Part shown: piece by piece, positions 47,537 to 58,307 of the stretch
Position numbering within the stretch: the stretch's first letter is position 1
Layout of the letters: every line of letters begins with the position of its first letter
NCBI RefSeq assembly: GCF_000315625.1
Contig: NW_005434657.1
Coordinates: 21,539 to 85,538 of the forward strand
DNA length: 64,000 bases
Direction of reading: 5' to 3'
Source: Guillardia theta CCMP2712
Taxonomy: Eukaryota; Protista; Cryptophyta
Position numbers and translations under genes: made by a program
The notes under the pieces: model-generated
Seen by the model: the letters and a program-made list of their open reading frames with translations, nothing else
The model's database searches: none
What the model was told of the DNA's origin: nothing

Positions 47537-48238
47537 ATGATGCCGCGTAGCTCGTCCTCGTGCGCGTCCTGTCCTCTGTCGCGTCCCTCGATCCTTCTTC
47601 TTGCTCTCCTAGGCTTGATCATGCTCTCCTCGTCCTCCGCCTTCCTCGTCACTCCGAGCGCCTTCATGCTGGACCCCTACCGACCGTTGTCGGCGTCGCT
47701 TCCTAGCAGCCCGCGTCAGATCCTGTCGACGATGAGCCGGCTGGAGCAGGAGATGGACCGCATGCTCGACTCCGTCATGGATGTCACCGGCGGCTTCCTC
47801 CTCCCGGACGAGGCCTGTCGCGACCCGCCTGCGAGTCCCGTCACCAACGACCCTAGCCCCTCGGACGGGGAGGGAGGAGGGGCGGTGATGCGGCTGCGGC
47901 CTCACTTTGACATCCAGTCGACCTCCGATCGTCTCCTCGTCACCGCCGCTACCCCGGGCCTCGCCAAGGACGACATCGCCGTCGAGGTCCTCGAGGCCAC
48001 AGGCGACGTCCCCCCGACCCTAGTCATCTCCGGCCGCTCGTCCTCCAAGCAGACGTCGGAGGAGCCGGCGCGAGTCCAAGCGTCGTATGCGGCGTTTGAG
48101 AAGCGCGTCTCCCTCCCTCCCCACACAAAGCCCGACATGGTCGAGGCCAAGTACGACAACGGAGTCCTCCGAGTGTCCGTCAAGCGACCCGAGGAGGAGC
48201 TAAAGGCGCCTCCGCGGCACAGGATCCCTCTGCTCTAG
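47537..48238 (+). CDS. Small heat-shock protein type B with signal peptide + Phe leader (putative plastid-targeted), copy 1
   Basis: ILLLALLGLIMLSSSSA-FL; PHFDI..LVTAATPGLAKDDIAVEV..LVISGR..FEKRVSLP..VEAKYDNGVLRVSVKR; RIPL tail. Confidence 0.9.
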   Translation: MMPRSSSSCASCPLSRPSILLLALLGLIMLSSSSAFLVTPSAFMLDPYRPLSASLPSSPRQILSTMSRLEQEMDRMLDSVMDVTGGFLLPDEACRDPPASPVTNDPSPSDGEGGGAVMRLRPHFDIQSTSDRLLVTAATPGLAKDDIAVEVLEATGDVPPTLVISGRSSSKQTSEEPARVQASYAAFEKRVSLPPHTKPDMVEAKYDNGVLRVSVKRPEEELKAPPRHRIPLL

Positions 48239-48770
48239 CAACCAGGCTGAGAGACGGGCCGCTGACTCCCTCCTCAGGCGGCCTGCAGCCTGCACACAGC
48301 CTAGCAGGCGAGCCGTGTAGAGACTAGACCTATCTGTAGACGTTGTTGTACAATAAAGGCACGTTCCCCTACGTTGTTGTACAATAAAGGCACGTTCCCC
48401 TACCTTGCCGGGTAGACTGCGAGAGCTCAAGGAGGAGGCGAGGTGAGGTGAGGAGGGTCTGAGCGGCAGCGGCGCGGGCACCCGTGCAGACAGGCGATGG
48501 GTGGAGCGGCGGCGGGCTGCCGTACCGAGAGGCTGTAGAGTCAGGGCTTGTGTAGGCCACAGAGAGAGGAAGGAGGGGCAGGGAGGTGGCGGGGGCGAGG
48601 TACAGGAAGAGAGGGGGGCCCTCCCTCATACCTCGAGTCAGCGACAAGAAGGGGGTCCAGGGCTGTCAGGCAGCCGGAGACATCTTGTCGTCAAGCGCAA
48701 GTACTCGAGATCAAGCGTTCATTACTAGCTTCTACGTAGTTACATGCTCGTGTCTAGTCTAGAGCGTTTC

Positions 48771-49529
48771 CTACTCCGTCCTGTCTGCCTTGGGTGCTTG
48801 TAGAGCTGCACGGTCGGTCGTAGTAGGATGCTGGATGGCGATGGGGGTCCGGCGGGTCGATCGCTTCCGGCGGGCTTCCTCTCTTGCTGCTCGGAGCTCG
48901 CTCTCCAGACCGACGAGGTCCCGGCGCTCACGGCGGAGCTCCTCCGTCAGCTCGGCGACTCGAGCGCGCTTGCTGGCACAAGTCTCTTTGAGCCGGCGGG
49001 CTTCCTCGGACAGCTCGTCGTCCTCGCTGGTGCTGCGATCGGCAGGCTGGCGTCGGGCTACCTCGATCCGAAGCTGGCCGTCACAGTACTCCGAGCGGAT
49101 GTCGCCGGGGTCGCAGTCTGCAGGGAGGACGATGCGCTGGCGGAGGCGAAGGGACGATCGGTCGGGGTGAGCACCAGGGGCTTGAGCAGCCTCGTCGTCC
49201 AGACGAGCGTCAGCTGCCGCGGAGGTGGGTGAGATGCTCGACGAGGCTACCAGCTCTAGCGTCCGGTCGCCTACCAGGCTCAGCGCGAGGTCTCCCGCGG
49301 GTACTCCGGGCGTGTCCATGGTCACCACGTGCCTGTCCGGGCGAGACTCGATGCGAGGCATGGCAGCGGTGTCAAGAAGCCGGGAGGCTGAGACGCGGTC
49401 GTACCAGGACGGCTGCAGGTCGTCCCAGACCGAGTCGAGGTCAGACAGGAGCGAGACCGAGGGGTAAGACAAGCGAGGGGTAGGAGCGAGGAGCATGTCG
49501 AGAGGACGGGCAGCGAGAAGGGAGAGCAT
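48771..49529 (-). CDS. sHSP type A, copy 2
   Basis: Protein identical to copy 1. Confidence 0.85.
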   Translation of the reverse strand: MLSLLAARPLDMLLAPTPRLSYPSVSLLSDLDSVWDDLQPSWYDRVSASRLLDTAAMPRIESRPDRHVVTMDTPGVPAGDLALSLVGDRTLELVASSSISPTSAAADARLDDEAAQAPGAHPDRSSLRLRQRIVLPADCDPGDIRSEYCDGQLRIEVARRQPADRSTSEDDELSEEARRLKETCASKRARVAELTEELRRERRDLVGLESELRAAREEARRKRSTRRTPIAIQHPTTTDRAALQAPKADRTE

Positions 49530-49872
49530 GGGATCAGTAAGCAGGAGTGAAGCAGAGAGTCGTGTCGAGAGAGAGAAAGAGTGGGTTGGGTGTGGGATGG
49601 GTTGGGAGGGTCGACGGGAGATGGGGAGGAGATATAGAGGGAGGAGGGGGGACGTGGAAAGATCGAGAATACCGGGGTGACAGGGTGTTTCTAAAAATAG
49701 TGTTTGTACGGAGGTTTGTGTGTATTTTTAGACTCAGTTTTGCTGGTCTACGGTACTACCCCTCATCCCTACCCAGCCTCCCAGCACCCCTCCCCCCCCC
49801 TCCCTTCCATCCTCCCCTTGCCTTCCTATCCGAGTCGCCCGACAGCTTGCGGACCTCAGCCAGTAGCTTGCG

Positions 49873-50574
49873 ATGATGCCGCGTAGCTCGTCCTCGTGCG
49901 CGCCCTGTCCTCTGTCGCGTCCCTCGATCCTTCTTCTTGCTCTCCTAGGCTTGATCATGCTCTCCTCGTCCTCCGCCTTCCTCATCACTCCGAGCGCCTT
50001 CATGCTGGACCCCTACCGACCGTTGTCGGCGTCGCTTCCTAGCAGCCCGCGTCAGATCCTGTCGACGATGAGCCGGCTGGAGCAGGAGATGGACCGCATG
50101 CTCGACTCCGTCATGGATGTCACCGGCGGCTTCCTCCTCCCGGACGAGGCCTGTCGCGACCCGCCTGCGAGTCCCGTCACCAACGACCCCAGCCCCTCGG
50201 ACGGGGAGGGAGGAGGGGCGGTGATGCGGCTGCGGCCTCACTTTGACATCCAGTCGACCTCCGATCGTCTCCTCGTCACCGCCGCTACCCCGGGCCTCGC
50301 CAAGGACGACATCGCCGTCGAGGTCCTCGAGGCCACAGGCGACGTCCCCCCGACCCTAGTCATCTCCGGCCGCTCGTCCTCCAAGCAGACGTCGGAGGAG
50401 CCGGCGCGAGTCCAAGCGTCGTATGCGGCGTTTGAGAAGCGCGTCTCCCTCCCTCCCCACACGAAGCCCGACATGGTCGAGGCCAAGTACGACAACGGAG
50501 TCCTCCGAGTGTCCGTCAAGCGACCCGAGGAGGAGCTACAGGCGCCTCCGCGGCACAGGATCCCTCTGCTCTAG
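49873..50574 (+). CDS. sHSP type B, copy 2
   Basis: Three substitutions versus copy 1. Confidence 0.9.
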   Translation: MMPRSSSSCAPCPLSRPSILLLALLGLIMLSSSSAFLITPSAFMLDPYRPLSASLPSSPRQILSTMSRLEQEMDRMLDSVMDVTGGFLLPDEACRDPPASPVTNDPSPSDGEGGGAVMRLRPHFDIQSTSDRLLVTAATPGLAKDDIAVEVLEATGDVPPTLVISGRSSSKQTSEEPARVQASYAAFEKRVSLPPHTKPDMVEAKYDNGVLRVSVKRPEEELQAPPRHRIPLL

Positions 50575-51075
50575 CAACCAGGCTGAGAGACGGGCCGCTG
50601 ACTCCCTCCTCAGGCGGCCTGCAGCCTGCACACAGCCTAGCAGGCGAGCCGTGTAGAGACTAGACCTATCTGTAGACGTTGTTGTACAATAAAGGCACGT
50701 TCCCCTACCTTGCCTGGTAGACTGCGAGAGCTCAAGGAGGAGGCGAGGTGAGGTGAGGAGGGTCTGAGCGGCAGCGGCGCGGGCACCCGTGCAGACAGGC
50801 GATGGGTGGAGCGGCGGCGGGCTGCCGTACCGAGAGGCTGTAGAGTCAGGGCTTGTGTAGGCCACAGAGAGAGGAAGGAGGGGCAGGGAGGTGGCGGGGG
50901 CGAGGTACAGGAAGAGAGGGGGGCCCTCCCTCATACCTCGAGTCAGCGACAAGAAGGGGGTCCAGGGCTGTCAGGCAGCCGGAGACATCTTGTCGTCAAG
51001 CGCAAGTACTCGAGATCAAGCGTTCATTACTAGCTTCTACGTAGTTACATGCTCGTGTCTAGTCTAGAGCGTTTC

Positions 51076-51834
51076 CTACTCCGTCCTGTCTGCCTTGGGT
51101 GCTTGTAGAGCTGCACGGTCGGTCGTAGTAGGATGCTGGATGGCGATGGGGGTCCGGCGGGTCGATCGCTTCCGGCGGGCTTCCTCTCTTGCTGCTCGGA
51201 GCTCGCTCTCCAGACCGACGAGGTCCCGGCGCTCACGGCGGAGCTCCTCCGTCAGCTCGGCGACTCGAGCGCGCTTGCTGGCACAAGTCTCTTTGAGCCG
51301 GCGGGCTTCCTCGGACAGCTCGTCGTCCTCGCTGGTGCTGCGATCGGCAGGCTGGCGTCGGGCTACCTCGATCCGAAGCTGGCCGTCACAGTACTCCGAG
51401 CGGATGTCGCCGGGGTCGCAGTCTGCAGGGAGGACGATGCGCNNNNNNNNNNNNNNNNNNNNNNNNNNNNNNNNNNNNNNNNNNNNNNNNNNNNNNNNNN
51501 NNNNNNNNNNNNNNNNNNNNNNNNNNNNNNNNNNNNNNNNNNNNNNNNNNNNNNNNNNNNNNNNNNNNNNNNNNNNNNNNNNNNNNNNNNNNNNNNNNNN
51601 NNNNNGTACTCCGGGCGTGTCCATGGTCACCACGTGCCTGTCCGGGCGAGACTCGATGCGAGGCATGGCAGCGGTGTCAAGAAGCCGGGAGGCTGAGACG
51701 CGGTCGTACCAGGACGGCTGCAGGTCGTCCCAGACCGAGTCGAGGTCAGACAGGAGCGAGACCGAGGGGTAAGACAAGCGAGGGGTAGGAGCGAGGAGCA
51801 TGTCGAGAGGACGGGCAGCGAGAAGGGAGAGCAT
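51076..51834 (-). CDS. sHSP type A, copy 3 (contains sequence gap)
   Basis: Identical to the other copies on both sides of the N gap. Confidence 0.8.
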   Translation of the reverse strand: MLSLLAARPLDMLLAPTPRLSYPSVSLLSDLDSVWDDLQPSWYDRVSASRLLDTAAMPRIESRPDRHVVTMDTPGVXXXXXXXXXXXXXXXXXXXXXXXXXXXXXXXXXXXXXXXXXXXXXXXXXXXXXXXRIVLPADCDPGDIRSEYCDGQLRIEVARRQPADRSTSEDDELSEEARRLKETCASKRARVAELTEELRRERRDLVGLESELRAAREEARRKRSTRRTPIAIQHPTTTDRAALQAPKADRTE

Positions 51835-52176
51835 GGGATCAGTAAGCAGGAGTGAAGCAGAGAGTCGTGTCGAGAGAGAGAAAGAGTGGGTTGGGTGTGG
51901 GATGGGTTGGGAGGGTCGACGGGAGATGGGGAGGAGATATAGAGGGAGGAGGGGGGACGTGGAAAGATCGAGAATACCGGGGTGACAGGGTGTTTCTAAA
52001 AATAGTGTTTGTACGGAGGTTTGTGTGTATTTTTAGACTCAGTTTTGCTGGTCTACGGTACTACCCCTCATCCCTACCAAGCCTCCCAGCACCCCTCCCC
52101 CTCCTCCCTTCCATCCTCCCCTTGCCTTCTTATCCGAGTCGCCCGACAGCTTGCGGACCTCAGCCAGTAGCTTGCG

Positions 52177-52876
52177 ATGATGCCGCGTAGCTCGTCCTCG
52201 TGCGCGTCCTGTCCTGTGATTGGTCATCCGGGCCCGAATTGCTCTCCTTGACTTGGTCATGCTCTCCTCGTCCTCCGCCTTCCTCATCACTCCGAGCGCT
52301 TTCATGCTGGACCCCTACCGACCGTTGTCGGCGTCGCTTCCTAGCAGCCCGCGTCAGATCCTGTCGACGATGAGCCGGCTGGAGCAGGAGATGGACCGCA
52401 TGCTCGACTCCGTCATGGATGTCACCGGCGGCTTCCTCCTCCCGGACGAGGCCTGTCGCGACCCGCCTGCGAGTCCCGTCACCAACGACCCTAGCCCCTC
52501 GGACGGGGAGGGAGGAGGGGCGGTGATGCGGCTGCGGCCTCACTTTGACATCCAGTCGACCTCCGATCGTCTCCTCGTCACCGCCGCTACCCCGGGCCTC
52601 GCCAAGGACGACATCGCCGTCGAGGTCCTCGAGGCCACAGGCGACGTCCCCCCGACCCTAGTCATCTCCGGCCGCTCGTCCTCCAAGCAGACGTCGGAGG
52701 AGCCGGCGCGAGTCCAAGCGTCGTATGCGGCGTTTGAGAAGCGCGTCTCCCTCCCTCCCCACACAAAGCCCGACATGGTCGAGGCCAAGTACGACAACGG
52801 AGTCCTCCGAGTGTCCGTCAAGCGACCCGAGGAGGAGCTACAGGCGCCCCCGCGGCACAGGATCCCTCTGCTCTAG
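52177..52876 (+). pseudogene. sHSP type B, copy 3, with disrupted signal-peptide region
   Basis: Divergent patch ~52215-52257 shifts the frame from ATG 52177 (TGA at 52249). The rest is intact from ATG 52259. Could be low-quality sequence. Confidence 0.6.
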
Positions 52877-53377
52877 CAACCAGGCTGAGAGACGGGCCGC
52901 TGACTCCCTCCTCAGGCGGCCTGCAGCCTGCACACAGCCTAGTAGGCAAGCCGTGTAGAGACTAGACCTATCTGTAGACGTTGTTGTACAATAAAGGCAC
53001 GTTCCCCTACCTTGCCGGGTAGACTGCGAGAGCTCAAGGAGGAGGCGAGGTGAGGTGAGGAGGGTCTGAGCGGCAGCGGCGCGGGCACCCGTGCAGACAG
53101 GCGATGGGTGGAGCGGCGGCGGGCTGCCGTACCGAGAGGCTGTAGAGTCAGGGCTTGTGTAGGCCACAGAGAGAGGAAGGAGGGGCAGGGAGGTGGCGGG
53201 GGCGAGGTACAGGAAGAGAGGGGGGCCCTCCCTCATACCTCGAGTCAGCGACAAGAAGGGGGTCCAGGGCTGTCAGGCAGCCGGAGACATCTCGTCGTCA
53301 AGCGCAAGTACTCGAGATCAAGCGTTCATTACTAGCTTCTACGTAGTTACATGCTCGTGTCTAGTCTAGAGCGTTTC

Positions 53378-54115
53378 CTACTCCGTCCTGTCTGCCTTGG
53401 GTGCTTGTAGAGCTGCACGGTCGGTCGTAGTAGGATGCTGGATGGCGATGGGGGTCCGGCGGGTCGATCGCTTCCGGCGGGCTTCCTCTCTTGCTGCTCG
53501 GAGCTCGCTCTCCAGACCGACGAGGTCCCGGCGCTCACGGCGGAGCTCCTCCGTCAGCTCGGCGACTCGAGCGCGCTTGCTGGCACAAGTCTCTTTGAGC
53601 CGGCGGGCTTCCTCGGACAGCTCGTCGTCCTGGCTGGTGCTGCGATCGGCAGGCTGGCGTCGGGCTACCTCGATCCGAAGCTGGCCGTCACAGTACTCCG
53701 AGCGGATGTCGCCGGGGTCGCAGTCTGCAGGGAGGACGATGCGCTGGCGGAGGCGAAGGGACGATCGGTCGGGGTGAGCACCAGGGGCTTGAGCAGCCTC
53801 GTCGTCCAGACGAGCGTCGGCTGCCGCGGAGGTGGGTGAGATGCTCGACGAGGCTACCAGCTCTAGCGTCCGGTCGCCTACCAGGCTCAGCGCGAGGTCT
53901 CCCGCGGGTACTCCGGGCGTGTCCATGGTCACCACGTGCCTGTCCGGGCGAGACTCGATGCGAGGCATGGCAGCGGTGTCAAGAAGCCGGGAGGCTGAGA
54001 CGCGGTCGTACCAGGACGGCTGCAGGTCGTCCCAGACCGAGACCGAGGGGTAAGACAAGCGAGGGGTAGGAGCGAGGAGCATGTCGAGAGGACGGGCAGC
54101 GAGAAGGGAGAGCAT
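53378..54115 (-). CDS. sHSP type A, copy 4 (21-bp in-frame deletion)
   Basis: YPSVSVWDD versus YPSVSLLSDLDSVWDD; ATG at 54115. Confidence 0.8.
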   Translation of the reverse strand: MLSLLAARPLDMLLAPTPRLSYPSVSVWDDLQPSWYDRVSASRLLDTAAMPRIESRPDRHVVTMDTPGVPAGDLALSLVGDRTLELVASSSISPTSAAADARLDDEAAQAPGAHPDRSSLRLRQRIVLPADCDPGDIRSEYCDGQLRIEVARRQPADRSTSQDDELSEEARRLKETCASKRARVAELTEELRRERRDLVGLESELRAAREEARRKRSTRRTPIAIQHPTTTDRAALQAPKADRTE

Positions 54116-54542
54116 GGGATCAGTAAGCAGGAGTGAAGCAGAGAGTCGTGTCGAGAGAGAGAAAGAGTGGGTTGGGTGTGGGATGGGTTGGGAGGGTCGA
54201 CGGGAGATGGGGACGAGATATAGAGGGAGGGGAGGGGACGTGGAAAGATCGAGAATACCGGGGTGACAGGGTGTTTCTAAAAATAGTGTTTNNNNNNNNN
54301 NNNNNNNNNNNNNNNNNNNNNNNNNNNNNNNNNNNNNNNNNNNNNNNNNNNNNNNNNNNNNNNNNNNNNNNNNNNNNNNNNNNNNNNNNNNNNNNNNNNN
54401 NNNNNNNNNNNNNNNNNNNNNNNNNNNNNNNNNNNNNNNNNNNNNNNNNNNNNNNNNNNNNNNNNNNNNNNNNNNNNNNNNNNNNNNNNNNNNNNNNNNN
54501 NNNNNNNNNNNNNNNNNNNNNNNNNNNNNNNNNNNNNTGATC

Positions 54543-55160
54543 ATGCTCTCCTCGTCCTCCGCCTTCCTCATCACTCCGAGCGCCTTCATGCTGGACCCCT
54601 ACCGACCGTTGTCGGCGTCGCTTCCTAGCAGCCCGCGTCAGATCCTGTCGACGATGAGCCGGCTGGAGCAGGAGATGGACCGCATGCTCGACTCCGTCAT
54701 GGATGTCACCGGCGGCTTCCTCCTCCCGGACGAGGCCTGTCGCGACCCGCCTGCGAGTCCCGTCACCAACGACCCTAGCCCCTCGGACGGGGAGGGAGGA
54801 GGGGCGGTGATGCGGCTGCGGCCTCACTTTGACATCCAGTCGACCTCCGATCGTCTCCTCGTCACCGCCGCTACCCCGGGCCTCGCCAAGGACGATATCG
54901 CCGTCGAGGTCCTCGAGGCCACAGGCGACGTCCCCCCGACCCTAGTCATCTCCGGCCGCTCGTCCTCCAAGCAGACGTCGGAGGAGCCGGCGCGAGTCCA
55001 AGCGTCGTATGCGGCGTTTGAGAAGCGCGTCTCCCTCCCTCCCCACACAAAGCCCGACATGGTCGAGGCCAAGTACGACAACGGAGTCCTCCGAGTGTCC
55101 GTCAAGCGACCCGAGGAGGAGCTACAGGCGCCTCCGCGGCACAGGATCCCTCTGCTCTAG
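54543..55160 (+). CDS. sHSP type B, copy 4 (5' end in gap)
   Basis: Identical to the other copies downstream of the N gap. Confidence 0.85.
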   Translation: MLSSSSAFLITPSAFMLDPYRPLSASLPSSPRQILSTMSRLEQEMDRMLDSVMDVTGGFLLPDEACRDPPASPVTNDPSPSDGEGGGAVMRLRPHFDIQSTSDRLLVTAATPGLAKDDIAVEVLEATGDVPPTLVISGRSSSKQTSEEPARVQASYAAFEKRVSLPPHTKPDMVEAKYDNGVLRVSVKRPEEELQAPPRHRIPLL

Positions 55161-55659
55161 CAACCAGGCTGAGAGACGGGCCGCTGACTCCCTCCTCAGG
55201 CGGCCTGCAGCCTGCACACAGCCTAGCAGGCGAGCCGTGTAGAGACTAGACCTATCTGTAGACGTTGTTGTACAATAAAGGCACGTTCCCCTACCTTGCC
55301 GGGTAGACTGCGAGAGCTCAAGGAGGAGGCGAGGTGAGGTGAGGAGGGTCTGAGCGGCAGCGGCGCGGGCACCCGTGCAGACAGGCGATGGGTGGAGCGG
55401 CGGCGGGCTGCCGTACCGAGAGGCTGTAGAGTCAGGGCTTGTGTAGGCCACAGAGAGGAAGGAGGGGCAGGGAGGTGGCGGGGGCGAGGTACAGGAAGAG
55501 AGGGGGGCCCTCCCTCATACCTCGAGTCAGCGACAAGAAGGGGGTCCAGGGCTGTCAGGCAGCCGGAGACATCTCGTCGTCAAGCGCAAGTACTCGAGAT
55601 CAAGCGTTCATTACTAGCTTCTACGTAGTTACATGCTCGTGTCTAGTCTAGAGCGTTTC

Positions 55660-56418
55660 CTACTCCGTCCTGTCTGCCTTGGGTGCTTGTAGAGCTGCAC
55701 GGTCGGTCGTAGTAGGATGCTGGATGGCGATGGGGGTCCGGCGGGTCGATCGCTTCCGGCGGGCTTCCTCTCTTGCTGCTCGGAGCTCGCTCTCCAGACC
55801 GACGAGGTCCCGGCGCTCACGGCGGAGCTCCTCCGTCAGCTCGGCGACTCGAGCGCGCTTGCTGGCACAAGTCTCTTTGAGCCGGCGGGCTTCCTCGGAC
55901 AGCTCGTCGTCCTCGCTGGTGCTGCGATCGGCAGGCTGGCGTCGGGCTACCTCGATCCGAAGCTGGCCGTCACAGTACTCCGAGCGGATGTCGCCGGGGT
56001 CGCAGTCTGCAGGGAGGACGATGCGCTGGCGGAGGCGAAGGGACGATCGGTCGGGGTGAGCACCAGGGGCTTGAGCAGCCTCGTCGTCCAGACGAGCGTC
56101 AGCTGCCGCGGAGGTGGGTGAGATGCTCGACGAGGCTACCAGCTCTAGCGTCCGGTCGCCTACCAGGCTCAGCGCGAGGTCTCCCGCGGGTACTCCGGGC
56201 GTGTCCATGGTCACCACGTGCCTGTCCGGGCGAGACTCGATGCGAGGCATGGCAGCGGTGTCAAGAAGCCGGGAGGCTGAGACGCGGTCGTACCAGGACG
56301 GCTGCAGGTCGTCCCAGACCGAGTCGAGGTCAGACAGGAGCGAGACCGAGGGGTAAGACAAGCGAGGGGTAGGAGCGAGGAGCATGTCGAGAGGACGGGC
56401 AGCGAGAAGGGAGAGCAT
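55660..56418 (-). CDS. sHSP type A, copy 5
   Basis: Protein identical to copy 1. Confidence 0.85.
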   Translation of the reverse strand: MLSLLAARPLDMLLAPTPRLSYPSVSLLSDLDSVWDDLQPSWYDRVSASRLLDTAAMPRIESRPDRHVVTMDTPGVPAGDLALSLVGDRTLELVASSSISPTSAAADARLDDEAAQAPGAHPDRSSLRLRQRIVLPADCDPGDIRSEYCDGQLRIEVARRQPADRSTSEDDELSEEARRLKETCASKRARVAELTEELRRERRDLVGLESELRAAREEARRKRSTRRTPIAIQHPTTTDRAALQAPKADRTE

Positions 56419-56760
56419 GGGATCAGTAAGCAGGAGTGAAGCAGAGAGTCGTGTCGAGAGAGAGAAAGAGTGGGTTGGGTGTGGGATGGGTTGGGAGGGT
56501 CGACGGGAGATGGGGAGGAGATATAGAGGGAGGGGAGGGGACGTGGAAAGATCGAGAATACCGGGGTGACACCAAATAGAAGACGTGGGCTTTGTACGGA
56601 GGTTTGTGTGTATTTTTAGACTCAGTTTTGCTGGTCTACGGTACTACCCCTCATCCCTACCAAGCCTCCCAGCACCCCTCCCCCCTCCTCCCTTCCATCC
56701 TCCCCTTGCCTTCTTATCCGAGTCGCCCGACAGCTTGCGGACCTCAGCCAGTAGCTTGCG

Positions 56761-57462
56761 ATGATGCCGCGTAGCTCGTCCTCGTGCGCGTCCTGTCCTC
56801 TGTCGCGTCCCTCGATCCTTCTTCTTGCTCTCCTAGGCTTGATCATGCTCTCCTCGTCCTCCGCCTTCCTCATCACTCCGAGCGCCTTCATGCTGGACCC
56901 CTACCGACCGTTGTCGGCGTCGCTTCCTAGCAGCCCGCGTCAGATCCTGTCGACGATGAGCCGGCTGGAGCAGGAGATGGACCGCATGCTCGACTCCGTC
57001 ATGGATGTCACCGGCGGCTTCCTCCTCCCGGACGAGGCCTGTCGCGACCCGCCTGCGAGTCCCGTCACCAACGACCCTAGCCCCTCGGACGGGGAGGGAG
57101 GAGGGGCGGTGATGCGGCTGCGGCCTCACTTTGACATCCAGTCGACCTCCGATCGTCTCCTCGTCACCGCCGCTACCCCGGGCCTCGCCAAGGACGACAT
57201 CGCCGTCGAGGTCCTCGAGGCCACAGGCGACGTCCCCCCGACCCTAGTCATCTCCGGCCGCTCGTCCTCCAAGCAGACGTCGGAGGAGCCGGCGCGAGTC
57301 CAAGCGTCGTATGCGGCGTTTGAGAAGCGCGTCTCCCTCCCTCCCCACACAAAGCCCGACATGGTCGAGGCCAAGTACGACAACGGAGTCCTCCGAGTGT
57401 CCGTCAAGCGACCCGAGGAGGAGCTACAGGCGCCCCCGCGGCACAGGATCCCTCTGCTCTAG
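56761..57462 (+). CDS. sHSP type B, copy 5
   Basis: Full leader and alpha-crystallin domain. Confidence 0.9.
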   Translation: MMPRSSSSCASCPLSRPSILLLALLGLIMLSSSSAFLITPSAFMLDPYRPLSASLPSSPRQILSTMSRLEQEMDRMLDSVMDVTGGFLLPDEACRDPPASPVTNDPSPSDGEGGGAVMRLRPHFDIQSTSDRLLVTAATPGLAKDDIAVEVLEATGDVPPTLVISGRSSSKQTSEEPARVQASYAAFEKRVSLPPHTKPDMVEAKYDNGVLRVSVKRPEEELQAPPRHRIPLL

Positions 57463-58307
57463 CAACCAGGCTGAGAGACGGGCCGCTGACTCCCTCCTCA
57501 GGCGGCCTGCAGCCTGCACACAGCCTAGTAGGCGAGCCGTGTAGAGACTAGACCTATCTGTAGACGTTGTTGTACAATAAAGGCACGTTCCCCTACCTTG
57601 CCTGGTAGACTGCGAGAGCTCAAGGAGGAGGCGAGGTGAGGTGAGGAGGGTCTGTTCTGTCCGTGTAGAGACTAGACCTATCTGTAGACGTTGTTGTACT
57701 ACAAGAACTGTGGGGAACATGTAGATGCGCTTCAGGGTATCTGCGGTCGGTTACGGAAGTAACGTTAACGCAGCAATCGTGACTTCTTCTCATGAGTGAT
57801 ATCTTTAGTTTAAAATGATGTTCATGACTATTCACCACCCCTCCTTTCTACGTCAGAATCACCCCACCTTATCGGCTCTTTGACCACATCGGAAATTGAC
57901 CACAGGGATGCCTTGATATGCGGTCATCCTTGGGTTCCACCCTACCCCCTACCGTCTCTACCCCACCCCCGTCCGTCCCCCGGACCTGTTGGAAAAGCAC
58001 TGGTAGGACGGCAACTTTCCTGAGTCCGTCTTGGGTGATTGAAATACTTTCCTCGTTCCTCTTTTCTCGCCACACCCTACCCCTCTCTAGTCATATCTTG
58101 ACTTGTCTCTTCTCTTCTTTCCTTTCTTCTCCTCTCTTTTCCATTCTTCCGTACTCCTCCCTGCTCTCTTCTCTTCGATTCTCTACTGTACCCTTTTCTG
58201 CTCTACTATAACTTCTCTTGCCTCACCTCCCCTCTCCCTCTCTCCTTCTCCTTTCTCAGTCTTGTGTCCGGCTTGCAATACCAACTTAATCAGGCCAATT
58301 CCTCGGC

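Larger units (their letters stand above)
46314..57654. repeat. Tandem array of five ~2.3-kb units, each a divergent pair of small heat-shock protein genes
   Basis: Minus-gene ends at 46435, 48771, 51076, 53378 and 55660. Near-identical sequence. N gaps at 51443-51605 and 54292-54537. Confidence 0.95.

Noticed and set aside
53378-54589. 403-aa ORF and other X-containing ORFs
   Set aside because: Read-through across N gaps.
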